The notes beneath the pieces are model-generated. The model saw nothing but the letters and a program-made list of their open reading frames with translations, was not told where the DNA came from and ran no database searches. Positions 53,650-64,000 of a stretch of 64,000 bases of DNA are shown piece by piece. Position 1 is the first letter of the stretch, and every line of letters starts with the position of its first letter. Origin of the DNA: Ptychomitrium polyphyllum (lineage: Eukaryota); assembly GCA_973851085.1 (NCBI GenBank), contig OZ316776.1, forward strand, positions 6,634,001 through 6,698,000, read 5' to 3'. The translations under genes were made by a program, and so were the position numbers.

Positions 53650-56047
53650 TTAATCGAGAGCGATTGGAAAGATGGAACCAATTCTGTCTGCACCCAAGCG
53701 GTAGCATTTGACGTTCACTTTGTAAGCGCCCAACTCTACATGATTATCTTCCTGTCCCACATAGAAACACATTGTGTACATTGCCAACTCGAATTCCGGG
53801 CTCACGCCGATCAAGGTGCTGCTTCGATTCTTTCGTACACCATTCCAGTCGAATTGAATTGTGAGAAGATGTGTCTGTGAGTCAGGCTGCACAGATCAAC
53901 TACAAGATCAGAAAGTGGCCAGTGCTAAAGTCTCGTCAATGTCCAGAAGTCATCAACTGCTGAAATATAAAAGAGAGATATACACCGATGCAGAAACTTA
54001 CATATCCCCGATCACGCCTTCTTGGTATAGTATATCCTTGGTAATTTACAGTTCCTTTTGCCTCCTCCATATAGAACTGAAAGGCACACACAACAGATTG
54101 AATGGTCAGGCTCTCGAAGAAAGATTGAAACTTCAAGTTTCAAGAAATCGCAAGAAAAAAAAGCCCTCGGTACTAATGCTTGAAATAGAAACGTGCAAGA
54201 GTTACCTGAATCCAGTTATGAAAGCCTGAAACTTCCCCTTGGCGTTTGATTTCTCCAACAAACACGTGCTCAAAAGCAGACGAAGCCTTTCGTGTGCCAC
54301 CACGGTTGTAAAGTCCAAACCATAACATGCGCAATGTCTGCTTAAATTCCTCCATGCTGCCTGACACGATTCTCTTTTCAGTGAGATATTTGAACAGATA
54401 CTTGATAGGAGCAGTGCGACTGATTTCCTCAATGAAAGACACCTGCTCTTGCTCCAGGGTTGCAGAGAGCTCTTCGCGCTTAGACTCATCAGCGTGATAA
54501 TTATCCAAGAGATGATAAAAACGAGCATATGTGGGACGATTGAACACGCTCTCCTCTAAAAACTTGAAAAGTGAGTCTCCGGTTATGTCGTCCTTGTTAT
54601 ACAGCATCTTTCCTTCCCCACAATCAATCTCATACTCTCGGCCTGGTGTCAGTCTGTTCAGATCCAGCTCCCAGAGACGGTAGCAAGCAGCCGAGAGGTC
54701 GGCCAGTTCTTCGTCTGTTGACAGGAAGTTGGCCAAAGCATGCTCTGCATAACGCTGCGCGCCAGCCTCCTGTCGGTATACTGCTGCCTGCTGATTGCTC
54801 AGGTGTTGATGCAGCCTGTATTTGCGAACTGCGGGTTTCCAACCGTAGTTTCCTTGGCGTCGGCCACCACCTTGGTTATAGCCTTCCTGGTAACTTACCG
54901 CCTGCACACACAATATTAGACGTCAACGCATTTCTCCAAATAAAACTTAAGGCTCACACTTTGCCCTCTGTACAACATCTGCAATTTCAACACACCCCAA
55001 GGGTAGGTCGAAAGTTTCTCTTCGTCATCCCCTTCAAAAGTAGTGACATCTTTGATAATCGGATTTGAATGCGTTTCTTAAGGTGTAGGATAAACACCGA
55101 TTAGTGAAGTTATCTACATTACAAATAAGTTTTTATCCTACACTGAAAAGCAGGCATACAAGACGAGCACCTGAGCCCAATTGTCATCGGATGGCCGCTG
55201 CTCCTCATGCTGTAAGGCCCCTGAGGAGGAAGACTCTTCGCGACGCTGCTTTGCTTCAGCTCTCCTTGCTGCAAAATGTATTTCACCCTCCGAGTTCGTA
55301 AGACTAAGCCTCAACTCCAAAACATGCGACTACCAGCACTTACATTTCTAGAAGAAGTAAACAATTCATGCATCTCGCAGCTACAGAAGAAGCTGAATAG
55401 CCATAAGCTTATAGCCATCCTGAGATCACGTCAAACTGAGGAGTCAGGTACCCTCTTTAGATTATCCAAGGGTAGCAAGGTATCGAAAAAGTGTCCGAAA
55501 GGGTGGCAAACGCCGTGGCTGATCGGAAAGAGCATAACCGATCAGATTTGTGGTAAACGAATGCAAATGCCGCACTAGAGATGCTCGAGCTAAACAATGC
55601 TAGAGAAATGTCTCCATTTAAACAAGAGTAAACTGCCTACTCTCAAAATATGTAGCGCTTGCAATCAAGGAAACGCATGGCAGAGTACTCAAAACAGGGT
55701 TGAACTCAACGAAACTGCTAAAGAAGTTATCAAAACTCTCGCACCGACGGCACTCTCTGAGCAACGCCATGCAAGTAAAACAACAACCTCCTAATTACTT
55801 TATCTTAAAAACCCCAACACATTGCACTCGCCTAAGAACTAGACCAAACCCCAGAACTCACCAACACAACCACCAACACAGAATAAACTTACACTAGCAT
55901 ACAGTTGCAAAATGCAGTGAAAGCTAGCAGAATTCATCAACACATTTTACCTTTCTCCCTTTCGTTGAAACCAAGAGAATTCAAAGCCATTTCGGTGACG
56001 GCATCCATGATCTTCGACCTCCTCATAGTCTCGAACATCGACTCCAT
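53650..56047 (-). CDS. EndoU/XendoU-family poly(U)-specific endoribonuclease, ~400 aa; exons 55951-56047, 55171-55268, 54206-54901, 54002-54076, 53650-53886
   Basis: Catalytic signature SAFEHVFVGEIK...SGFHNWIQ|FYMEE..G.VNYQGY and IGVSPEFELAMYT. Intron phases consistent (total 1203 nt). Confidence 0.9.
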
Positions 56048-56976
56048 CGCACTGCAGCAACCTCTATTCAGAAGCTAAAGATCCCACCTTGAAACTGCAA
56101 AACTCTCTCACATACACACAAACAAAACAACATGGCAACTTGATGATGTGCGTGTTAAGTAGAACTTACAAGGTCAAAGGTTTGCAATCTCAGGGCCAAG
56201 GCAAGACTGTCCAGTAACTGATTCCTCCTTCTGAAACTATATGTCTAGACTCCAGATTCTTAACTCCACGGCGAAAATGCAAGAGCGATTGCCAAACTGG
56301 GACTCTGAGCTCCCACACTCCAATATGTGCGCTGTATATATACATCGAGGTAGGCCAGCATACAAACCCGTTACTATACACAATACCGACACCATCTACA
56401 CGACTCCTAGAGTTCAAGTCTTCGAAAGTCATCCTGCGGTGGACACCGCCGGTTTTCGGTGCAGCCACGGTTTTGGATGTGCGATTATTCAGATGATTGC
56501 AGGTTACCGGTTTGTGGGTTTGCATTAACATCAACGTAGATTGAGGTGCATACCCAAAGCCGTTACTGTACTTCGAATCGATGGGGTCGTAGATTTCTAG
56601 TGCTCAAGTGTACGGGGTTTGTAGATCAGAAAAGGTGAAACCTCCACTTTCCTCATGCTTTAGAACACACCCAAAACAAATCCAAGAGGACACTCTCTAA
56701 CTTTAAGTTGCAGAGGGATTAAAATAAGATAGAGCGTGTATTAAAAAATCTATGTAGCTACTTCTTGACTTTATTGACTTTATTTATCATTAAGTAGCCC
56801 TAGTTGTTATTGAATAATTTAAGGCATCACTAAAAAATCCTAGTCGCCACCATTCAACCCTAGCTGCTACCAAGTAATCATAATTGCCATCAATTAATTA
56901 TGTCTTTCATTCAAATTTTAGTTTATAAACACATTCATCCATTATGACCTTTGTGACCTTTGTCCAACAAGTTACC

Positions 56977-57500
56977 GTCCTGCAAAGTTGTTGTCTTGCA
57001 AAGTTGTTGTCCTGCAAAGTTATTGTCCTGCAAAGTTGTTGTCCTGCAAAGTTGTCGTGGCAGGCATTCCAATGAATAGCTTGCATTGCCAACACATGTC
57101 ATATTTTGATAGAGTGGCCAGTATGTGTCATATTTTAAGAGAGTTGTTGTGGCAGGCATTCCCATGAACAACTTGCATTGCCAACATGTGTCATGAACAA
57201 CTTGCATTGCCAACATGTGTCATATATTGATAGAACAGCCAGTATGTGTCATATTTTGATAAAGCTAGTGTGGCAGGCATTCCCATGAATAACTTGCATT
57301 GCTAGCATGTGTCATATTTTGATAGAGCTAGTGTGGCAGACATTCCCATGAACAACTTGCATTGTCACTAGCCAGTAAAGCTAGTATAGCAAGTATTTCC
57401 ATGAATAACTTGCATTGTTAACATGTGTCATATTTTGATAGAATTGCCAATATGTGTCATATTGTAGCAACTTGTAATGCCAGCATGTGTTAAATTTTGA
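56977..57500. repeat. Compound tandem repeat: 5 x 16-bp units, then modular ~25-90-bp units
   Basis: GTCCTGCAAAGTTGTT x5 (56977-57056), then recurring GTGGCAGGCATTCCCATGAACAACTTGCATTGCCAACATGTGTCATATTTTGATAG modules. Confidence 0.85.
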
Positions 57501-58964
57501 TGCATCATTTTTTGAAATCTTAGATGGAATTTTGGATGGTGAAATTGTAATCATTGTAATTGACTATGCATATAAAAAATATACCTAATTGCATAGATTT
57601 AGTGAGAATAATTGCTCATTAAATAATGCATATAATGTCACAACCTCCAAAAACCAAGTACCTTAAATTCATAAGTTTAATATTTTATCATTTTTTATTT
57701 TTTAATATTAAATTCTTTTATCATCTGTTTACTTTAAATTACATTTATTGCACTTTATAGCTTTAAAAAAGCTTTTTGGTTCTTAAAAGATTTAAAAAAT
57801 CCTTAAAGAATGATATATTTGTATTGCATAGTGTAATTAAAAACTAATTGATTTAATTGTTTGAAAAAGATTCAAAATAACTTAATGTGATAAATACATA
57901 ACATATAAATGATTTATTAGTTTTTATAAACTATTATTGTTACATTGCATACTTACTAATCCAAAAGGTTGAAGCTATCCACAATGGTTTAAATTTTTCC
58001 TTATAGATTTGGTTTCATATAAAATAGTGTATCTTTCTTTTTGGTTTAATTTTGTTTTGCAACTTAATTAACTATTGTAAATTTTGCAACTTTAAATTTT
58101 ATACTTTTTTAATCTTTAAACAATTTTTCTTTTGAAATTTATTCATTCTTTAAATTTCGTTTTCGAACTTTTAAAATTAATATATAAAACTTGAAAAATA
58201 ATACTTTCGAGCAATTTGGATGTTCACTCTTGAGATATCAACATCCATAATTTACACCTTTGAAGCTCTAGAATTTGCTCCTAACTTGAGAATATAAAGA
58301 GACATCAAATAAATGTATTTCTTCCTTCTTTTGCCTGAAGCCTGAAGGCAAGAAAGCATGTGAGAGGAATATAGGAAGGCATGAGACAATGGTCTTTTCC
58401 ACACTAAGCTTTGGTGCCAGGATGCCTTTTTAGGCAACTCTATTTGTGATCCCTCTTTCTCTTCTCTAAAAATCCAACGAGCTAGTTATTACTTCGAAAC
58501 ACACCGACCCTATTAATGTTTCTGTCACATGTGATATTATTTTAAGGAGTGTTTTCCGAAGTGCAGTCCAGAATTATTATGTTGTATCAATATACAAAAT
58601 CTAGGATCTAAATTGTTTGACATCAACAACACTTCTAATGCCCCCAGTGGTGCTCATCAACCAAGAAGCTCGTTCACCTTATTTGAAACCCAAAGCAAAC
58701 AGATCAAATATTGGAATAGCTAAGCACAAAGTAACCAGTCATAAATAATTCTGGTTGTTTGAGAATTTCACAGCAGATCCTCACCTCAACATCCTTCACT
58801 CATCACAGCAAGTATCACCTAGAGACTTAGGATTCCTTCGCCTGAAATTTGAAACTAGTCGATTACGGATCTTTTTGAAGTGGTAAACTAGAGAAAAACA
58901 AGTTTGCAAATCTGAAAGACATTTATGTTTAAGGCTGGATTGGGTCCCTCGGAGGAGGGAGGGA

Positions 58965-59156
58965 GAGCTGCGCCTGCGAAGGAGGTAGTGCAAGACCAAG
59001 GCGACACGCGCAGGTCCGGGCAGCAAGCTGCCGGTTGGATCCGCATCCTACAATAATTAGACTAATATCATGGGGCTCGATGAGCCTCGTATCAGATATT
59101 AAACTGATAAGAACAGATACTACACTTGATCTTAGCCAAAAGGCCGAGAAAGGTAA
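58965..59156 (-). ncRNA. U2: U2 spliceosomal snRNA (variant)
   Basis: Minus strand TACCTTTCTCGGCCTTTTGGCTAAGATCAAGTGTAGTATCTGTTCTTATCAGTTTAATATCTGAT, including branch-site-pairing GTAGTA. Stems IIb and III fold; loop IV reads TTGCACTAC. 3' end approximate. Confidence 0.93.
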
Positions 59157-60027
59157 ACATTACTAACCTCAACTGGCCCTCATTCTAGTACAGAGTCGTG
59201 CCTCGCACCTGCAAACCGTATGGACATTCCGTGTTACAAAGCACCAATACCGTAACTGTTATGGCGAAAAGAACAACTATGCGGCTATGCCTGACTGTAT
59301 TGCTTCAACGGTTAGTGATGATCACCAAGAAGTCTTAATGAAGAGCTCGAGCATCGTTCAAAAACCTTTCCAACATGACAAATTGTTCAGGTCTATTGGT
59401 ACAGAATTGCCTGCACAGGAGGTATAGATATCAATGTCTTGTTTGTTAGATGAAAGATGACGAGTTATATTGATGTCAAGTAATGACATATTAACAGAAT
59501 AACTACTTCTTGACCATTTAACTTCAGAGAGATTCGCTAATTCTAGAAGACAGATTTGGCTAACGAAAGGATCGAGGTTATGACTTGGAGAAACGTCTTG
59601 AGTTGCAACTGGGTCCATAGTAGAGGTACAGTAAAGAAGCGGAACATCAGTGACGAGACCAGCAAGAACTATAAATAATACAATGAAGATTGTACCTACA
59701 TCAGAGTCATATGGTGGAGGTCCAGTCAAATGAATCCAGAAAGTTCCATCTCAAGTTTGTCTTGCACATTTGAAGCTCAAAGTGGGGAACTATAGGTGTG
59801 CACTGCCACCAATAGCATTCACCAGGTTGAAGGTTGACTTCCATAGCTGGTTCCAGTCTTCAATAGAACATCTGCCAGTACCATGAGGATTTCAGTACAA
59901 TGTGGTTAATTCTAGAGTTAGTAACAGGACCCGTTCGTACACATAAAACTACTGGTAATGAGCATTCTAGTCACAAGAAGATCAAGATACATGACATAAA
60001 TATTGCATTAAGATGCGATCTTTACCT

Positions 60028-62514
60028 TCACCAGTAATCACCACATGAACACAAGCCATCTTTAAAATGGTGAAAACGACTGGCATCCCGTGCGATTATC
60101 TCCCTTCCAGCGAGCTTGGATATAAATTTGGAAGCAGAGTGGCAATCAGCACACACACGCAAATTCTTGTAAATACGAATCGGTGTGGAAGGGGGTGTAC
60201 TGATAATTCCATAAACAATAGCCAATTTCTCACTATGATAGTTGATGGCTTCTTCCTTCTGCTGTTCTCCAACGTCATGCAACACATTTTGAGTAAGAGG
60301 AACATATCCTTCTCTCTTAATTTCTTTCATTAACCTGGCCAGCTCAATGTATATCTCTCTCACTTGAGGGTGGGATCTATCTTCTGTAACAAAAGTATGT
60401 ACCTTCCCGTCAATTTGAACCCAAGTGCAACCCTGCTCTTTCTTAACACCTCTGCCCTCCATTACTTTCCTCACTTTCGCAACATTGTCCCACATACCAG
60501 CTGCAGCATATATGTGTGAAAGTTGTACATACACTGCGCCATTATGTGGATCAATTATTAGACTTCTCTCAGCCGCACGTTCTGCTACTTCTAAATTCCC
60601 GTAGATTCTACAAGCACCTAACAAAGAACTCCAGATTGAAGCGGTTGCCTTCAGTGACATATTATTGATAAACTGTTCTGCTTCATTTAAATGCCCTGCA
60701 CGCCCAAGGAGGTCCACCATGCAACCATAGAGTTCCATTGTTGGGACTATCCCATAATCTTGAAGCAGAGAAGTGAAGAAATGACGGCCCTCTGTCACAA
60801 AACCTGCACGGCTGCAGGCAGATAGCACACCAACGAACGTGACTGAACTTGGCCTGACCCCTTCCTCCAACATCCGCTCAAAGAGATCCAGAGCTTCTCG
60901 AGCGTATCCATGCAGCGCATACCCTCCGACCATTGCATTCCACGTGATAACGTCTCGTTTAACCATATTGTCAAAAACTCGACAACCACCCTCAATGCTT
61001 CCGCACTTTGAATACATATTGATCAAGGCATTCCCTACAGGAATATGAGACACCAGACCTGCTTTTATCACTTGAGAGTGGACCTCCTTACCCAATTCCA
61101 ACATTCCCGGATTCACACATACATTCAGGATGTTGATGTATGTGACCCTATCTGGCTCCACACCCTCGCGTTTCATGTGATGGAAAATCTCAAAGGCTTC
61201 TTTACCGCAACCATTCTCAGCATAACCCCCAATCATCACACTCCATGACACAACGTCTCGTCTCGACATGCTATCGAAGACTTGACGTGCGTGCTTGACA
61301 GCACCGCACTTGGCATACATATGAACGAGAGCTGTGCTCACAAGAAGATCAGTTCCAAATCCAGTTCGCTCTACTTGCAAATGAATTCTTTTCCCATACT
61401 TCAAATTTCCGAAGCTTGCACATGCATTCAGGATGTGCATGTACGTGACTTTGTCTGGCTGAATACCTTCTTCTTGCATCAAGGCAAAAACACAAAAAGC
61501 ATCCTCGATGTGGCCACTCTCAGCATATCCTTCAATCATGGCTGTCCACGAGACAACATCTCGTACTACCATTTTATCAAAAACGTTGCGGGCATCCTCG
61601 ATGCTCCCACAATTTGTATACATGCGGATGAGAGCGGTCGCTACGCATATATCATGAACGAATCCATCTTTGATACATTGAGCATGAACTGCTTTGCTCC
61701 GTGCTAAACCTTCTAGCCCCAAACAAGCATCTAAGATGTTCAAGTAAGAAATTCTGTTCGGCTTCGTACCTTCTTGTTGCATAACATGAAATACTTGAAA
61801 AGCCTTCTCACCATCACCACTCTTGGCGTATCCCCCAATCATCACATTGAATGTACTCACGTCTCGTTTCACCAATCCGTCAAATATTCGACGAGCTTCA
61901 TCCATACTTCCACCCTTCACATACATGTTCACAAGGGCAGTTCCAACACGAAAATCGGACACAAACCCCGCGTTTACAGCTTGGGCATGAACCTCTCTAC
62001 CCCATTTCAAAGCTGCAGGGCTGGAACAAGCATCCAGAACAGTCAAATACGTAATTGTATTGGGTTCCAGACCTTCGTCAAGCATTTGGCGAAACAGAGT
62101 AAAGGCTTCCTTGACATAGCCAAGCTGAGCATATCCTGCGATTATCGCATTCCAGGAAACAACAGTTTTATCCACAACGCTGTCAAACACCTCCCTCGCG
62201 TCTTCCACGTTCCCACAAAGCGCATACAACTTGATCAAGGTGTTGAGCTCGTAAACGTTCAACTGACGGCCACTTTGAACGATATGATCACGAACCTGCT
62301 TGCCCAAAGCCACATTCCGAAGCTCCATACACCGCTGCAAAAGCTTCACGTAAGCCCGCGAATCCACATGGTTCCCATGCTCGCGCAATCTGTGCAACAC
62401 ATCGTCTGCTCCACCCCCTCGAGCAAGGTTACTCCACCACCTTCCATTTGGGGTGGCCAGTTTGATACTCCTAGCCACTCTCTTCACTACAATATTCGCA
62501 GCAAACACCCGCAT
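60028..62514 (-). CDS. PLS-class PPR-DYW RNA-editing factor, 828 aa, intronless, probably organelle-targeted
   Basis: 17 regular P/L/S repeats, E1, E2 and a DYW deaminase with HSEKLA, KNLRVCADCH and terminal DYW. Basic N-terminal extension. Confidence 0.97.
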   Translation of the reverse strand: MRVFAANIVVKRVARSIKLATPNGRWWSNLARGGGADDVLHRLREHGNHVDSRAYVKLLQRCMELRNVALGKQVRDHIVQSGRQLNVYELNTLIKLYALCGNVEDAREVFDSVVDKTVVSWNAIIAGYAQLGYVKEAFTLFRQMLDEGLEPNTITYLTVLDACSSPAALKWGREVHAQAVNAGFVSDFRVGTALVNMYVKGGSMDEARRIFDGLVKRDVSTFNVMIGGYAKSGDGEKAFQVFHVMQQEGTKPNRISYLNILDACLGLEGLARSKAVHAQCIKDGFVHDICVATALIRMYTNCGSIEDARNVFDKMVVRDVVSWTAMIEGYAESGHIEDAFCVFALMQEEGIQPDKVTYMHILNACASFGNLKYGKRIHLQVERTGFGTDLLVSTALVHMYAKCGAVKHARQVFDSMSRRDVVSWSVMIGGYAENGCGKEAFEIFHHMKREGVEPDRVTYINILNVCVNPGMLELGKEVHSQVIKAGLVSHIPVGNALINMYSKCGSIEGGCRVFDNMVKRDVITWNAMVGGYALHGYAREALDLFERMLEEGVRPSSVTFVGVLSACSRAGFVTEGRHFFTSLLQDYGIVPTMELYGCMVDLLGRAGHLNEAEQFINNMSLKATASIWSSLLGACRIYGNLEVAERAAERSLIIDPHNGAVYVQLSHIYAAAGMWDNVAKVRKVMEGRGVKKEQGCTWVQIDGKVHTFVTEDRSHPQVREIYIELARLMKEIKREGYVPLTQNVLHDVGEQQKEEAINYHSEKLAIVYGIISTPPSTPIRIYKNLRVCADCHSASKFISKLAGREIIARDASRFHHFKDGLCSCGDYW

Positions 62515-62595
62515 CGTAGTTTGGAAAACATCTAACCCACCAAAAGACGATTTCCATCAGACTCAACTCACATCGTTACAAATTGCTGTAGTTGC

Positions 62596-62604
62596 AAACC
62601 CTAA
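62596..62604. promoter_or_regulatory. Telo-box AAACCCTAA in the divergent promoter/5' UTR region
   Basis: Exact motif ~80 bp upstream of the PPR ATG. Function not shown. Confidence 0.35.
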
Positions 62605-63365
62605 CCCGGGGCTATGATTATCCTCCGTGTAAAAACAACTACAAAACTCCTTCCAGGCAGCCAAGTTACCTACCCGAGGCTTAATCTGACGATGTGAGGT
62701 TCAATTCCAAGCGTTTTTTCGCGCTGCACCAAATTGATCAAATTCAAGGGCTCGTCCTCGCTCACGACCCTAAGCCTGCAATAATCCAGACTTCAGGGTA
62801 TAGGGATTCCAACAAGAGCTTCAGGACTATCGAGGCTCATCACAACACAACTACAAACCCAGTAATCAATGGCTACCCATCACGTCAATACATTCAAAGA
62901 ATCTCCGTACCCAACTGTTGGGAAACACAAGAAAAACCATTGGTTCGTGTTCTCTAATTCTCAGTTGCTATTGATAGAAATGGAAAACCCTTTCCATAAA
63001 TGCCCAGTCTAGAGTGACAAAACCTGACAGCAGAAACGAAGGTGATCGAACGGCAAAGAGATCTCATTTGCAAACTTCAACAACTACACCAATCTGCCAA
63101 ACAAAGTTGCGTGCCCAACAGTCACTATCAGGTGATCAAATTAGGGCTTCGAGGTTTAATATGGAGACATTAATGTGCGGTTTCAGCCGAACTACACCGT
63201 ACGTACACACGAAAGAGTCCATATACTGACAGCGCCCAGGTCAACAATGTGATATTGTACGTACAAGAACCATGGAAGAAACACACTGAGCGGCATTCAT
63301 TCTGCTCGTCTTCCTCTTCCACGATTCTTCTTCAGCTGAGGCAGGGCTGCAACGCCATCGGCATC

Positions 63366-63455
63366 ATGGAGGACGAGCTCAAGGCGCTCCTGAACGCCGT
63401 TGCCAAGCTGCAGCCTTTGCTCGCCTATCCTTCTCACTCCTCCGAACTCACGCTG
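63366..63455 (+). CDS. Probable first coding exon of a gene continuing beyond the window, product unknown
   Basis: GC-rich MEDELKALLNAVAKLQPLLAYPSHSSELTL followed by a GT donor and T-rich intron-like sequence. Confidence 0.5.
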
Positions 63456-64000
63456 GTGGGTTCGCTGTCACAATCATCTTGGTATCATCCTATCATCAGA
63501 GCGAGAGCTCTCTCTCATAATTTGGAATTGCCTCTGATCTCCTTTTGTTTGCTCTGGTTTTTTTTTGTTTCTCCGATATGCGGGGATTAGATGCGATGGT
63601 CGTGGTGTGTGTGTTCATCTGTCGATGTGCGTGCAGTTTTGCTTGCAGGAACTGAGGATTTAGTCGTTGTCATCGATTTAAAATTCGTTTCTTTGACTGA
63701 GATTTGAATTAGATGCGATTGGGGAATTTCTTGTTTATGGTCCTTTTTCGTGGCGCTAGGGGACTGATTTTGGGTTTTCTTGTGTTGCTGGTTTGAGAAA
63801 TTTTTGTTTGAAGGAGATTTTGCTTAAGGGTTTCAGGCGTCTAGGATGCTGTCTTGGGAATTCTCAGGCTAGGGTTGGGTTATTCGTTCTTGCGTCAGGA
63901 TAGTGAACAATAATTCAGGAGCTTTACAGGTCTTGAAGCATGCGAGAGACAAGGATAGCTTGGCGTTGTAGCTTTAGGGGGCCTTTAGATTTCATTAACC

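Noticed and set aside
59358..59729. 123-aa ORF between the PPR gene and U2
   Set aside because: Non-ATG start, no motif, and it lies in probable 3' UTR or intergenic sequence.
53650..62514. EndoU, U2 snRNA and PPR-DYW as a functional RNA-processing cluster
   Set aside because: They act in different compartments and pathways. Adjacency alone is no evidence without conserved synteny.
1..64000. tRNA, rRNA or snoRNA genes
   Set aside because: No cloverleaf, rRNA signature or paired C/D boxes recognised by eye. A covariance-model scan would be needed to exclude them.

Overview
Eukaryotic land-plant DNA with GT-AG introns, most likely a moss (inferred from gene content and AT-rich decayed transposons). 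Intact genes I could model exon by exon: an EPFL (CHALLAH-like) secreted peptide, a thylakoid-type ascorbate peroxidase, a 7-exon laccase, an EndoU endoribonuclease, a U2 snRNA (Sm-site variant), an intronless PLS-class PPR-DYW editing factor, and the first exon of a gene running off the right edge. Two F-box pseudogenes sit at the left end. Roughly 7-23 kb and 29-42 kb are decayed transposon sequence. The main result is invisible in the ORF track: on the minus strand at about 9.6-18.2 kb is a fossil Ty3/Gypsy retrotransposon that reads gag (Zn knuckles) - protease region - C5 cytosine DNA methyltransferase (motifs I, II, IV, VI, VIII, IX, X) - [RT/RNase H deleted] - integrase - PHD finger. 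Solo LTRs have split it, and removing two of them at their perfect 5-bp target-site duplications rejoins the methyltransferase and the PHD finger. All translations and alignments were done by eye, with no database searches.
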